Assembly: GCA_021613535.1 (NCBI GenBank)
Contig: CP075492.1
Span: 15,872,001-15,936,000 of the forward strand
DNA: 64,000 nt
Source: Adineta vaga
Lineage: Eukaryota; Animalia; Rotifera
Direction of reading: 5' to 3'
Shown: positions 37,119 to 50,990 of the stretch, piece after piece
How positions within the stretch are numbered: the stretch's first letter is position 1
How the letters are laid out: the number at the start of each line of letters is the position of its first letter
Program-made: the position numbers and the translations under genes
The notes under the pieces: generated by a model
The model's input: only the letters and a program-made list of their open reading frames with translations
The model's database searches: none
What the model was told of the DNA's origin: nothing

Positions 37119-37592
37119 ATGCCCTCACCCTCAACAAAGTTTTGGTCACTCTGTCGTCTCATTTTTGACGATTTACAGAAGAATATATCCGACGGAAAAC
37201 ATCTCACCTACCTTCGTGCAAATCGTTTGACATCAACAGATGAACAAATAGACGAGCAAACCAAACGAAATGATGATCGCATCAATGATCTTAACTTTTC
37301 CAACATTGGTCCTTATGTTTTTCAACAAGAATTTGAAGATTTAAAGCTAAAACATTATTATTGTGTTGGTTCAAATCCTTGTCCATCCGTGGCTACTAAT
37401 GTTCTACTGGTTTGCTCCATTGAAAGTCTAGATTACACTTTACTGCATGAAGCCGGTGAGAAGAATCGAAATATTGCAAAGAACTGGTTCAATAGAATGG
37501 CTATATTAACGGATACGGCATGGCAATACGATGAAAAATGGACATTCAATCATTTTTTGAAAGACAATATAATAACGCAAATTGCTGACTAA
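37119..37592 (+). CDS. Hypothetical protein or gene fragment
   Basis: 157-aa ORF with normal amino-acid composition followed by AATAAA; no motif recognised. Confidence 0.4.
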   Translation: MPSPSTKFWSLCRLIFDDLQKNISDGKHLTYLRANRLTSTDEQIDEQTKRNDDRINDLNFSNIGPYVFQQEFEDLKLKHYYCVGSNPCPSVATNVLLVCSIESLDYTLLHEAGEKNRNIAKNWFNRMAILTDTAWQYDEKWTFNHFLKDNIITQIAD

Positions 37593-40135
37593 GAAAACAA
37601 AATGTTTGAAAATCATTTCGATCATATTCTTCTATTTGCCATTTGCGTACTATTTCTTGTGTGGAATAATCATTTAAAATAAAAGATTTTTTATAAATTT
37701 CCATCAAAAAACATTACAAAAAAATTATCTTGAGATTGAGGGTGTGGATGAGAAAATAACACTCACCCTCACCCTGCCGGACGGCAAAAATTTTGAAATG
37801 CTCCCTAATTTTCTGATAATGGCAAAAATTAATCTGAAATGACCTATGGAAGTCGAACATGATATTCTAGAAAACCGAAAGATGTTTCAAAACCTTGGAA
37901 ATCAAAAATGTATTCTTGTGAACGATACAGATGATTGGAAACCAAAAAGTGTTTTTCAAAAGGATTTCTCAGCTAGTTTAGGTTCTCAACAATACGGAAT
38001 TCTTTTATCGCGTATCCTTTTATTTCAAACTCAAATCCACGTACACCAACAAATATATCTTTGAGCACTCGTCACTACACCTACGAGCGTATCTATACCT
38101 TTGCACATGCGTATCAACTAAGATCCTATTCATAAGTCTTCCTTCTGATTTTAAGATAAACAGTAGCATTCGACGCATCTTTCGTCGTAGTAGCGTCAGT
38201 ATGAAAATCGAAAAGGTGCGTGAGCAAATAAAATGTTCTGTGTTTTTTTTGTTGATTATTCTTACTTTGGTTGAAGATAAACTGGAAAGAGTTGTTTGGT
38301 TTCTAAGTAATATTTCTTTCGTTCTTCGTGTAAGAGTTGTTTTATTGCAAGCGTGTTTATATGTAACTATGAATTCGCAAGGACATTTTACTGTTTGTAT
38401 ATTTTTAATGCTGGGTACTGCTTAGTTTTGTTCATGCAATTCCATTGTAGATAGTGAAAGAAGTACCATAATTAATCACGTGGGATGAAATTATGTTTTG
38501 TTATCACTCTTTCTCGTCAGCATTTTTCTGTAAGAGATTGAATCATACAAATCGAGTACAAAGATTGTAGACATCATTTCACAATCTATCTATGTATGAA
38601 TACATTTTATCCTTTGCTTCGAGTTCAAGATCTTTCAAGCAGTAAAAAAGAAACAGTTGCAGCGCAATATGGAGTTAGCTTTTTTCTACATCAACTATCT
38701 GAGTGTTTATTTTTAACTACTCCGTCTTTTTTCTCTTTCTCTCACATGTTCTGCGAAAGAATGCAAAACAAGACGAAAGAGAGAAGGTAACATTTTTTTC
38801 TATAAAATTCTCTCACTGTGCAAATACTCCTTCACTCCAACAAAAAAAAGTTGTTATTCGTTCTGTTTGCTTCTCTAAAATACAAACGACTCGGTAGACG
38901 GCATTCGACAAAGTTGAAACGAATTTTTCCGGACAAAAGCGACTGCCATCATACTAGACACTGCGCAGTTTTTTCAACTACATTTCAAGTAAGTCAGCTT
39001 TTTTCAAAATTTATTGCCTTCTTGTTAATCCTTAGAATCCAAATGCCCCTCCCAAGAGACATTGCACTAGTCCCTAAGAAAAAGAAGCAAGAAAATCTTG
39101 CATACAGAAGCTACTATTTTTCGAGGCAACGGCAGTCAGGTCGATGACAGAATGAAAAAAACCACACTTAAACCGTTGTCGAACACCAAGACATTTATTT
39201 TTAAATGTATACTTTTTCAAGCAGAATACTCCACTCGGAAATTTCTCTCTGATAATATATACAAGACGCAGTTTGGGTTAAATTACTAAGAATGTTGTAA
39301 AACTATAATTTAAGGTTACCCCATAAATTTTCTAGCGATATGCTAATATGTTATCATACTATAAAAAATGCATTTCTATAGAGACAATAGCGAAAGTATT
39401 CGATGTTTGTCGAAATTTTTTTATATTGCATACCTAACATTGGAAAACACTGAGCTGATGCTCTCATATTAGCTATCGATCTTGCATGTCGTTAAAGGCG
39501 ATCGGACCTGGATTTCACTCGCTCCTTAGCTAATTTATCTTTTGGTAATGTGGCATTACCACTATGACAGATATTTTAAGTGAGTATTTTGAATCGAGAT
39601 ATACGCAGGTTCAGTCTTTTTAATCTCAGTCAAAGAAAGATATACGTCTTAGTCACATCTCAATCTTTCCCTTATCTTGTCGTGAATCTATTTTGATCTT
39701 AGCTCTATCTCGAGTCTACTATAGCCTGGGTCCTAATTCGATCACAGTTCTATCCGGATCCAGATGCTGTTCTGAATCCATCTCACCTCTGGAAGAAACG
39801 AGAAATTGGGACCATTACGAGTTCTCAATCCACTTTGACTATTTCTATATAATGACTTTTCAAGTTTTTTAGAAAAATAACTTATCATACATGAGTTATG
39901 AGAGTATCATATTCGACTGAAACCTTAGAAGAACGTATAAACTATTATTCGTAACTAAAACTTCTTGGTTAGCGTTCTGGGACTACATTGCGGGTCTCTT
40001 TTCCAATCATTTCTATAGCAGTTTAGAGGGGTAAAACCTCTTTGTTGAAAACTTGAACAAAGGAATATTACTGGCAATTAAACTATGCTAGAATTCGATC
40101 AACAAGTAGACCGTTCAAGTTTGGATGTACTTGCA

Positions 40136-40396
40136 TACATTCTAAAAGAAATAGATTCCATAACTATCTAAAAGCACCCAAAAGCGTTCAAAGCCTAAAA
40201 AAGCGACTCTTAAAATGTACGAAAGGTTCTTTGTTGTACAGAATTTAGAAAAAGGTTTCGCAGAAGACCTTTCTTCTCCGTGGTGCACGGAGAGATCCTT
40301 TTAAGGTTTCGTACATTTTAAGAATCGTTTTCTAAGCGTTTGAACGATGCTGGACTTTTTTGGGAGTTCGGTGAGAATCCTTTTCTTGAGAGTGTA
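40136..40396. mobile_element. MITE-like imperfect palindrome with CACTCT-type termini flanked by TA
   Basis: TACATTCTAAAAGAAATAGATTC pairs with GAATCCTTTTCTTGAGAGTGTA; internal TCTTAAAATGTACGAAA pairs with TTTCGTACATTTTAAGA. Confidence 0.7.
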
Positions 40397-43300
40397 GTCT
40401 AGGATCTCTTGTGTGCAATGATAAAAGTCCCGGTTTTTTTGTATCTCCGTTCGCTCTCAGTTCATTAACAAAAGAACTACATGATCGGACTTTTCGGATA
40501 CGAAGTGTTTTGAAAGACTTCCATAGTAAGGCGGATAGAATATATTCTAAAATGTAAGTGAACTCTTCAGAATTTGTGAAAAAATCAGCGAAAACTACAG
40601 TATATTCAATCTGGGTCGTATTCCGGCCAAGCTACTCTTTAATATGCTCTCTCGCGCCGAATCATTCCCGGTTTTCTCTAGTCCCAACGAATTGCCTTAC
40701 AAATTTTCATGACCCTAACCCTTTCAAGAATCAAATGCATAAAGAACAGAGAGACAGATAAAAACAAACATTCTTTTTTCTCTATATGGATTAGATAATT
40801 TTCTGTTTTTAGCATCCTGGGTGGAATTTCACCCAGGTGGTTCTGTAATAGCTAACGTCGCGAAACTTTCCACTGTGCGTTCGTAGGTTCAATAAAGCAT
40901 GCCTGAGTGAGGTTTCACCCAGGTGTTTATGCGATAGATGAAACTTTAACCCGAAGTCTAGAACTTTTCGGTACCTGCAATCTATGCAATCAGCCACAAT
41001 TTGATGAGTTATGTTCACGACCACCCATTCTGAATGAGTGTTAAAGAAAATAGAGCGTCAACACAAGCACTCAAAATCTCTCTTATAGTCCTACAAACAC
41101 CATAACTTGCCTCTCACGACCACTCACTGAATTACAAAATCTATATTTTTCTAAGCACAAATTGTGGGTTCGCATAGAGCTGTGGGGATCTGAGTGAGGA
41201 TGTGGGTGTAATTGTACACCATGTGGGTGAAGGGCGAGTTAAGAAGAATGTGAGAGTTAGTGAGATTTTGGAAGTCAGGGACGCGAATGTGGACAACTTT
41301 CGCGCATTTGCAAGGCAAACTGAGACCCACATGCACACCCACCCACCCCACCCTCAAGATATGCGCGATAGGGTATGTTATAATATAAATGAAAAAATTT
41401 AAGGACAACTCTCTCTGCGTCTCTTGTCGTGTTCTAACATATGAAGTTTTCAGTCTGGAAGATTTTTTACCACCATCGGGTACCTCCGCTAGTCTATGTA
41501 TATAAAGAAGAATGTCTGTCTGTTCGCCATACATTCAGTCCCCGTAATAGCTAGGATTACCAAAGTTTCCACAATGCTTCCTAAGGTCTCAAGGAAGGTT
41601 GACCGAGGGTTGAAACCACCGGCCGGGATTTGGAAGAGGGAATTTGGCGAAATTTCACCCAGATCGGGTGTTGTTTTATTTTTCGGTTTATGTAGTTGCT
41701 AGCGGTAGCAAACTTCCCAGGACAATCCTCTGGGCTTGTTTCTTTTACTTGAGAAGTTTTTTAGATCCGATTGCATTTACATTCTAGTGATTCTATAACT
41801 CGTCATACTGGGCTATCCTTTCTGTAATCATCATATAGTCTGTTAGCTCGTATCCGAGCTTATGTTCGTGTTTATTCGAATCTCTATATCTCGTCTATAC
41901 ATTCGTTACTTAATCCTAGGTCTTGTATATTCACTATATGTATTCCATATCGTTGTTTTCATGCTTTCTGTTTAAGAACTCTATGATCATTATTTCTTTG
42001 TCTTTCATTTGTTTCAGTCATTGTCAGCGTATTCTTTGCTTCAACATTTATTTTTGTGCATGATCATAAATATTAAAAGAAATTCTTGATCCTTTCGCAA
42101 TAAGTGACGCACTCTTTTCATTCAAAAAACATTCATGCCAGTTTTAAGTCAACTCCCCTCAAAATATACATACGTAGTACGCTCTTTAATAAGCAACATA
42201 TCTTTTGAAAGGTATTCGTCAATAATGTCCTTTATTTACCATAAAGCAAAAGATTAATCGATAAGTAATATAAATCATGTATTTGCTTATAGTAACGAGT
42301 CAATTTGTGATTTCGTTTTCATTCGCAGAAAAAAAGAAAGTTGATATATCAACACTTCAACTGTAATTTTTTCTTGCAAATCAAAACGACAATGTAACTC
42401 TTTAGTTCTTCGTTCAACAGTTTTGAGTGTATAGGTGAGGTCACCAAAATGCCCCTGACATTTCTGTATGTAGGGAGAAAGTCGAGAGAGGATGGGAGAC
42501 ACAAGGTATTTGAAATTTAACCCATTTTCGATTAACTCATTTGATCGATCTCTAGCGTATCTATCTATATTTACGTCTTTGCACTGGTCTGATTCTGTTA
42601 TATGGAAGCGAGAGTGATTGGTGAGTAAATTACTCAACGAGCCACAATATTCATTGAACTATCGTGCTTTATCGTGGACGTGTTTGTATTCACGAGAGAC
42701 GAAACTTTTACTCTAAACCTAAAGCTTTGTAGATTCCAACCGAAATAGAGACAGAGTTGAAGCAAGATCTATAATAGAAAGGATGGATTTTGCAACGAAA
42801 ACGTTACATAGTGCAAATTGTTCTATCTCAAATATGCAAGGCGGGATATGTTTTGTTGATAGACGCAAAACTTTAAGCATAACCCTCTCTACATCTCTTG
42901 TCGTTTTCTGAAGTATAAAGTTTTCAGTCGAAGTGATGCTGGACCACCGTCGGGTACGGCCGCCAGTATACATATATACATAAGTAAACTCTCTATTCGG
43001 CTTACCTAGGATTCTGTGAATTTTAGTCCAAGATACGCTGAATTTGAAACTCTGAATTAAGCGTCAAGGACATTCTTGACATGGGTCTTTTTTAAAAAAA
43101 GGCAGATATTTCAAGAAAAGAAATCTATACTTCGGAATATACTACAGAAAGTTTCTTGATCTCTTCTCTGCAGATCATTCGCGACAAAATAAATGAAATA
43201 AGCTAATCTGTGGAGTTGTTCGTGTACTATTGAATGATCCATAACTTGACTTTAGCCATTATGATTGAAACAGAAAAAACCTAAAGTAAAGTTCACAAGC

Positions 43301-45948
43301 CACTTCTTAACGACACGGCCAGCCATCGATCTTCTTCGCTGTGGAAGGTTTAAAATCATGAAGATAGAGAAAAACAACTTTCTATAGAGATTATGATCTT
43401 GAAATATTCTTAGGTTCGTTTCGCGTTTCGAGTTACTCAGTTGACATATAAAACCAGTGTCATTTTTCTTTTCTACGAGTTTAAAAACACGAATAATTAC
43501 GAAATGTCACTGTTTTTCATCTTTTCACCCTTCATTTCGTCAAAAGAATGAATGAAATTTTGAAAAGAAGATAATAATGAACTGATCGATTTTTAGAAAA
43601 CAATATTCTTAATCTTTACAGAATAAAAAAAGTTAGATTTCACAGTCAAAAACAGTATCAAAATGGCACTAAATTGCCCTCCATGAAAAAATAGGAAACT
43701 GGTGAAATTACGTAACGCTCAGCTTCTTACGTTGTCTTATTTAAAGGGATTGTCCTATAGCAGAACGACATGATATTCTAAGAGTTTTTGAAAAACTGAA
43801 CAAGTTTTGTATAAAACGTTTATTTATGAGTAGCTTAGTTTCGTAGAAAAATGCTAAAAAAATCTAAGTTGCATCTGGAAATTTTGTCCATATCTTGAAA
43901 TTCCGTAACGAACGATGTATTTCAAATAACTTCGCTATAGCTTGTGATAACTCAATGAAATTTTCATTTCTCGGAAAGTTAGTTGATCTTCATACATGCC
44001 CACAATTTCAGAAGCACTTCTCTTGTTTTTGATGAGCTATGTATCTCACAAGTTGGAAAAAATGAAATTCTTTAACGCTTGGTCATGTTGTTAAGGAAAA
44101 AACTCGTTATCGCGAAGTATATAAGTTGAATTTTGAAAAAGTGTTTTGCTTATAACTTTTTACTGGCTCAGCTATAACCGTTAATTGCTTCACACCTGCT
44201 GAAGACCGTCCCTTTTCAGATGGATTAGACAACTGATGTGTTTTAAAACAGCTGACACAATGAGAATAGTTTTTGAATGTAAAAAAAGACTCAAGAGAAT
44301 AAAACAAAAATGCTCGATCTTGAGAAGATGATAATAATAAGCGTATTAAATTATTAATTTTATCTAGCAAGAATATCCTTCTGTTGTCAAAAAAGGTTTG
44401 AAGACTATCATAAAACATTACAAATCCTGTCTGAATCTCACTGAATTGATGAAATTTATACTTTTTAGATCAGTTCTGGAGCGTTATCTAGGTAAATTGC
44501 ACCACAACGGCCCGTGAAATGAACAGATAAACTAAATATGCTTTTCTTTGACAATATAGATTACAACTAATACTATACCATTAGACTTCCATCGACGGCA
44601 ATTGACTGACTTTTCTGACCTGTCTGTACCCTTACGGCCGTGTGTTGCCAAAAAGCAACATACTCAAATATGACTCAATGATAGTTCTTTAAACTTCGCG
44701 CTGGAATTACGTAATCCTCATACATAAGAAACACAGAATATGCAGTATTAACATTCCTTTCTTGCTGTCTTCTGGTAGCCGACCGGAAAGGGTTAACTGA
44801 CATGCTGGTACTTAAGGCTCATTTTAAGTTGGAAACATTCTCTACCCTGTTACTCAAGCCTCACAGAGCTCCTTATTTCCCCGTAATATGCAAGAAGACT
44901 ATATATATATATATTTGAGAATTTCTCATAAACATCGAAAACAATTCACAACCAAACAATCGTATTTACAAAATATACACGAATTATTGATCTACAAGTT
45001 TCCTCATTTTTTATATCAAACTTTCCTTTGTTTTTTTTTAGTTCTGTCTAAACTGATTTGTAGTTATTACTGAAGTTACATTTTCAAAATGCCCTACTTC
45101 GGCACATCCATAGTCTTAAATGACTTGCGCAAAGTATGAGTTGAAAGATTACCTAAATTGTATCCTATGGGATAATAAAAGATGTTTTTCCTCAAGAGAA
45201 GTTGCAAAGGGTAAAGTTATTATAATGATTTAGTTCTTAAATATACATTTTGACCTCGATTAACTTGTATCTTGTATGAAGTTCGTGATGAAGAAGATTG
45301 TTCGTAAGAAAATTTCTGGTTCGATATCAAGAACAAGTCATCGTACAGTTACATAAGTCTGAGTTTTTCACTTTATTATTAATAACTCTAGAAGCTGCTT
45401 TTACTTCATGCAAAATTAAAATCTAAAACTTAGTCCTGTTCGTGCATGTCCTAATTCACTTTCGCTTAATCTATTTTTTAGCTCATCATACGACTGTATG
45501 TTTTCTACCAATCTGATTCTACTGTAATAGCCGTCCAGTCTCTTGATCTTTACATATGTATACGATTTTAAATGCTCCCGAGTTCTGCAACTAGTGTAAA
45601 GTTCCACTCTGACTGAAGAGTTACTTCATCATAAAATCCAATAAAGAGGATGTTCTAAAACTACAATGGGATTAAAAATACGAAAATTATAAGAAAAACT
45701 ATAGCTACAACGTTATATGCTCAGTCATATCTAGAATTGGCAATATCTTTTGGCTATAAGGAGATCACATTGAGACAGGAAACACCCCAAAAGGACAACG
45801 GTCCATCTTGAGGTGTAGATGTGAGTCAAGAAGATATACCCACATCCACGGTTGGAAGTCATTTATCTTTTATAAGCCATTTTCGAAATTACTAACTCAA
45901 TGATATCATGCGTTTAAGGAACCTGATTTTATATATCTTTTATTTCAG

Positions 45949-46813
45949 ATGGCTTCTAATAATGCTGCAAAATTATCTGGTCTTCGCTTCGGAGATCTGG
46001 GTGAATTACCAAAACGAATGCTGGCACCAATTGAAGGTTATGAAGACATGCCTATTGTAACCCTGGAAGAGGCTGTGAAACCTCTGGTGGACATCGTACC
46101 CAAGATTGAACGTAATGTATTTATTGTGAAGCAGAATTGTCAGGAACCAGAAGATAATCTGACGACTGACGAATCTGCTTCCATCATGCTTTATACGTAC
46201 GAATCGATGCCGCAGAAGAATTCCCTCTATGTTATTCTTAACGCAACTTTACGCTCTGAACAACGACAAAAACTAACTCCTTGGTTTCTTTATTTGCGTC
46301 TCGTATTAACAGCGTTAGCTCGTCTTCGGTCAGAACGTTGTTTTGTCAATCGAGGTGTCAGAGAAGATCTAAGAGCACAATATCCGAAAGGTGCAAGTTT
46401 TATTTGGTGGGGTTTTTCATCGTGTACTTCATCTATCGAAGTGCTTGAAAATGAGCAATTTTTTGGAAAATCTGGCACAAGAACTCTATTTCAAATCGAT
46501 TGTCATACTGGTAAAAATATTAAGAATCATTCATTCATAGCGTCCGAAAATGAAATCCTTCTCCTACCAGCTAGACAATTCACTGTAAAAGGTTGGCTCG
46601 ACTCCGGTAATGGACTTCATATAATACAACTTGAAGAGATAGATCCAGCGTTTCCTCTCATTGAACCAGTTTCCGTGCCAAAGTCAATAACAAAATCTGA
46701 AACAGATTCCACACCAAAACCAGCTGTGAAAGCTACGAAAATCGACCTTCCAGCAAAATTTACTGAAAAAATGGTCTTAGAAAGCAAGCCAGTCATTCAA
46801 ACAAAACCTTCAA
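45949..46813 (+). CDS. Mono-ADP-ribosyltransferase (R-S-E / ARTC-like); first coding exon, further exons not resolved
   Basis: VNRG, WWGFSSCT, ENEILL catalytic motifs; splice acceptor TTTCAG directly before the ATG; GTAAG donor at about 46814. Confidence 0.85.
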
Positions 46814-47014
46814 GTAAGCTTTGATTACGCATAGAAGAAAGTGAAGAAAAATTCTAAACGTCAAATAATAGTTTTAGAGGTATAATCTGCATGTTTTTGA
46901 GAAAAATTACTGACAGAAATATGGAGTCTACACTCTCAAACATATGGAATACTCATGAATAGTTCTGTAAAGTCTTTTATTTCATTTGAAATGAATTTTA
47001 TATATATTTTAAGT

Positions 47015-47519
47015 ATAATTAACGGTTAAGTTTTCATACAATATTACAAAAGGGAGTTTTGCGTCTTTACAGTAAAATGCCTGTCAAATTTGTTTCATAT
47101 TGGATTTATTATTTGGGAGAATTAGTCGTTAATGTATTGAAATTTCTTGTATCAATTGTGATATTTATAGAAAATGATCCTCAATTTGTTCGCTCCTACA
47201 TATAAGAAAAACTATACTGTTACCTAGAGAATAGAAAGCGAAGTAATAGATATTCATTATATCGAAAATAAATATTGAAATCTTTATTGACAACGATAAA
47301 AAGCTTCTAGTCAACATAGAAAAAAATCTCACTTGCTAACCAATTTATTCTTGAATTGATTTACAGTTTCCTATGCTTCATTCTTTTCTCTGCGACATCC
47401 GTCTTTACGCATATATACTTCTTAAAACTCATTCATATTGGACATACTTAGTTGATACAAAGCAAGAAGGGGATGATTCAAAAATACTTTTGATCTAAAA
47501 TCATCGCCTTTAAGATCTT
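47015..47519 (+). repeat. Left arm of a ~505-bp inverted repeat
   Basis: Reverse complement of 51445-51948; one substitution and one 1-nt homopolymer indel seen. Confidence 0.92.
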
Positions 47520-49676
47520 CTAGCGACTTAATTACAGTAGATGTCAATCCTATCATAATTGTCGTGAAAATATTCATATCAGTGTCAATTCTTTGAAATT
47601 CATTTAATCAATGCAAAATCAAATAGAGCATATAAATCTTGCAACAGCTGTGTTTCTGATTAGCAGTGAATAGTTACACTTCATACGACTTAATTAAATT
47701 AGTGAATCGATATCTTTTCTCACTTATAAGTTAAGTTGAAGTATCATTACTAGGAGGGTGTGGGTGTGGGTGAGGATACGAATGAAATTGATTCATTTAT
47801 CCAACACCCAAACCCACATTCTACCATAGGTCGATAAATAATGAGTTAAAAGAACTAATCATGAGTCAAAGTTTCAGTCGCACAAAGTTTTGATGATATG
47901 ATACCAGGAATAGAATAGAAAAATAATCTCGATGGATGTCAAGGTCAAAATTAAAATAAGGGAATCTTTCAATCAGTGCACAATTGCTAAAAAAACAAAT
48001 TCAGTCCGAAGAAAAATACAAGCGTGTAGCAATAAGATAAAAACGATGTCTAATTATCTTTCTGTTTTGAGAGAAAAACTCTCCCGATTGCAAAAATTTG
48101 GATTTGGCAACCTTGACCCACACCCTCATAGCTATCAAAATGTTCTATATATCAATTTGAATTTATATCACTTTCATTTAGGAAAACAAGAATTCGCTGC
48201 ATTAGGTGCCTTCAAAGAACAGTATCAAAATTATTCATTTTTCATAGGATGATTGATTAACATGATATTTTCAAGCGTTTAGTCCTGACAGAGTAAAGTA
48301 AACGATTACAACTTTTGTCAGAAGTATTCATCTACCATATGATTGTTCAACATGGAAATGTAACACGATCTTGACATTCAAGATTATCATTATGTGAACG
48401 GAATGTTAAAGGCCGTTCCAATCGTTTAAATTCTACATGAGTTTTAATCTATTTGAGAACTTTTCAACATCGACGACGAAAACAGAAAATTTATGAATAT
48501 CATCATCTTAAGAACTATTCGACAACCCTAAAGCTTCACTTTTTAGTTCGATGTGAACAAATTTTTATTTTGATGAATAAGCTTATGGAATAGAATGCTT
48601 GTGCTACATGTGGAAAGTGCCGTTCTAATTATTCATCTTTCTTCTAATCTGAAATCAACGGTTCAACATCAAACATTCGCTTTAAAGAAAAGCATAATAA
48701 ATGATTAGACTATTGACTGGTATTATTCACACCGTTCATAAAACATACGAACATTAATCAACTCTTCGATGGATCTATGACGGGAACAGATAGACAGAAT
48801 AGATCTACAAAGTCCACCGGTGATTATGAGTATTTATTTAACTAATGATCATTAAAACTTTAGTTTTCTTCAATTCCTACTTTTATTAATATCAGATAAA
48901 TGAACTAAATCATGCCGCCGATTTATCTTGGATGCGTAGTAGAAATAATTCATACGTTATGTAACCTTTGATCAACTTGATGACTCACCCTCAAGATGAC
49001 GGATGAGTTGGACAAATGAATAAATCAATGCAAAAAATGATGATCGATCGAACATTGTATCATCATTGAAAACCACGTTTCTAGGAAATGTTTACTCTAC
49101 TAAACATAAAATAATTGAATAGTAGGATTGGAGTGCCAGTGACTGGGAAAGATGGGACAATAATGCTTATTCTGCAGCCACATAACAATAGATCAACATA
49201 ATTTGATTTCATCTTCATTTCACGATCTTAATGGAAACTGAACAAAACACTAATAAAACTGCAACTCATTCATTTCTCATGCTTTTCTCAATTGATGAAA
49301 TATATTCACTAAAGTTTCAAAGTGAGATCAAAATATATATGAACGCACTTATTGGGAACGTTTTAAAAAAAGTTATTAACGTTCATGCGTCGTGTGTCAC
49401 TAAATAGTTAGAACAGATGTATATATTGTGGTTGAAATAGTAGCAGTACTTGAATGAAGCTCTACTTCGCTCTGTTCACTTAATATGTGATCATCCGTAC
49501 ATTATTCAATTTTTCAAATAAGTTTTATCTTGATGGAAATAATCGACTATGACATTGATCATATGTATCCTCTTATTACACCGCTCACGACACTGCAATC
49601 AGACTATAAATTGTCTTTTAAAATGACAGCCATTATTGAATTTCTAGTTGGTGCAACCTGTACTTGAACATTTCCA

Positions 49677-50990
49677 TGTGTGATGTGATGTTGGATGAGG
49701 TGAGCGAGTGGGAATGTTTGGTTCGAAGTGAGCAAAAGAGGTGAACAGAAGTATGCTATAAGGAATGTTCGTGTGTGATGTGATGTTGGATGAGGTGAGC
49801 GAGTGGGAATGTTTGGTTCGAAGTGAGCAAAAGAGGTGAACAGAAGTGTCTTGATAAATGTTCGTGTGTGATGTGATGTTGGATGAGGTGAGCGAGTGGG
49901 AATGTTTGGTTCGAAGTGAGCAAAAGAGGTGAACAGAAGTGTATTGATAAGGAATGTTCGTGTGTGATGTGATGTTGGATGAGGTGAGGGAGTGGGAATG
50001 TTTGGTTCGAAGTGAGCAAAAGAGGTGAACAGAAGTGTCATGATAAATGTTCGTGTGTGATGTGATGTTGGATGAGGTGAGCGAGTGGGAATGTTTGGTT
50101 CGAAGTGAGCAAAAGAGGTGAACAGAAGTGTTATAAGGAATGTTCGTGTGTGATGTGATGTTGGATGAGGTGAGCGAGTGGGAATGTTTGGTTCGAAGTG
50201 AGCAAAAGAGGTGAACAGAAGTATTATAAGGAATGTTCGTGTGTGATGTGATGTTGGATGAGGTGAGCGAGTGGGAATGTTTGGTTCGAAGTGAGCAAAA
50301 GAGGTGAACAGAAGTTTGGTATAAAATGTTCGTGTGTGATGTGATGTTGGATGAGGTGAGCGAGTGGGAATGTTTGGTTCGAAGTGAGCAAAAGAGGTGA
50401 ACAGAAGTTTGGTATAAAATGTTCGTGTGTGATGTGATGTTGGATGAGGTGAGCGAGTGGGAATGTTTGGTTCGAAGTGAGCAAAAGAGGTGAACAGAAG
50501 TTTGGTATAAAATGTTCGTGTGTGATGTGATGTTGGATGAGGTGAGGGAGTGGGAATGTTTGGTTCGAAGTGAGCAAAAGAGGTGAACAGAAGTTTGGTA
50601 TAAAATGTTCGTGTGTGATGTGATGTTGGATGAGGTGAGCGAGTGGGAATGTTTGGTTCGAAGTGAGCAAAAGAGGTGAACAGAAGTGTGGTATAAAATG
50701 TTCGTGTGTGATGTGATGTTGGATGAGGTGAGCGAGTGGGAATGTTTGGTTCGAAGTGAGCAAAAGAGGTGAACAGAAGTGTCTTGATAAATGTTCGTGT
50801 GTGATGGGATGTTGGATGAGGTGAGCGAGTGGGAATGTTTGGTTCGAAGTGAGCAAAAGAGGTGAACAGAAGTTTGGTATAGAATGTTCGTGTGTGATGT
50901 GATGTTGGATGAGGTCGAGAGCGAGTGGGAATGTTTGGTTCGAAGTGAGCAAAAGAGGTGAACAGAAGTGTGTATAAAATGTTCGTGTGT
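49677..50990. repeat. 93-bp tandem array, about 14 units (84-bp near-constant block plus 8-12-nt variable window); degenerate copies continue to about 51440
   Basis: AATGTTCG unit starts at 49764, 49857, 49953, 50046, 50139, 50232, 50325, 50418, 50511, 50604, 50697, 50790, 50883, 50978. Confidence 0.95.

Noticed and set aside
38000-45900. Many short ORFs
   Set aside because: No recognisable motifs or consistent exon chain; probably decayed transposon or gene debris that cannot be assigned without a search.
49604-50952. His-rich ORFs in the ORF track as real genes
   Set aside because: Open frames are expected from the C/A-rich strand of a 93-bp repeat; no credible start or splice context. 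Kept only as a hypothesis under the array finding.
49677-50990. CRISPR array
   Set aside because: The constant block is 84 bp; the variable parts are only 8-12 nt, related to each other and repeated; there are no cas genes and the context is eukaryotic.
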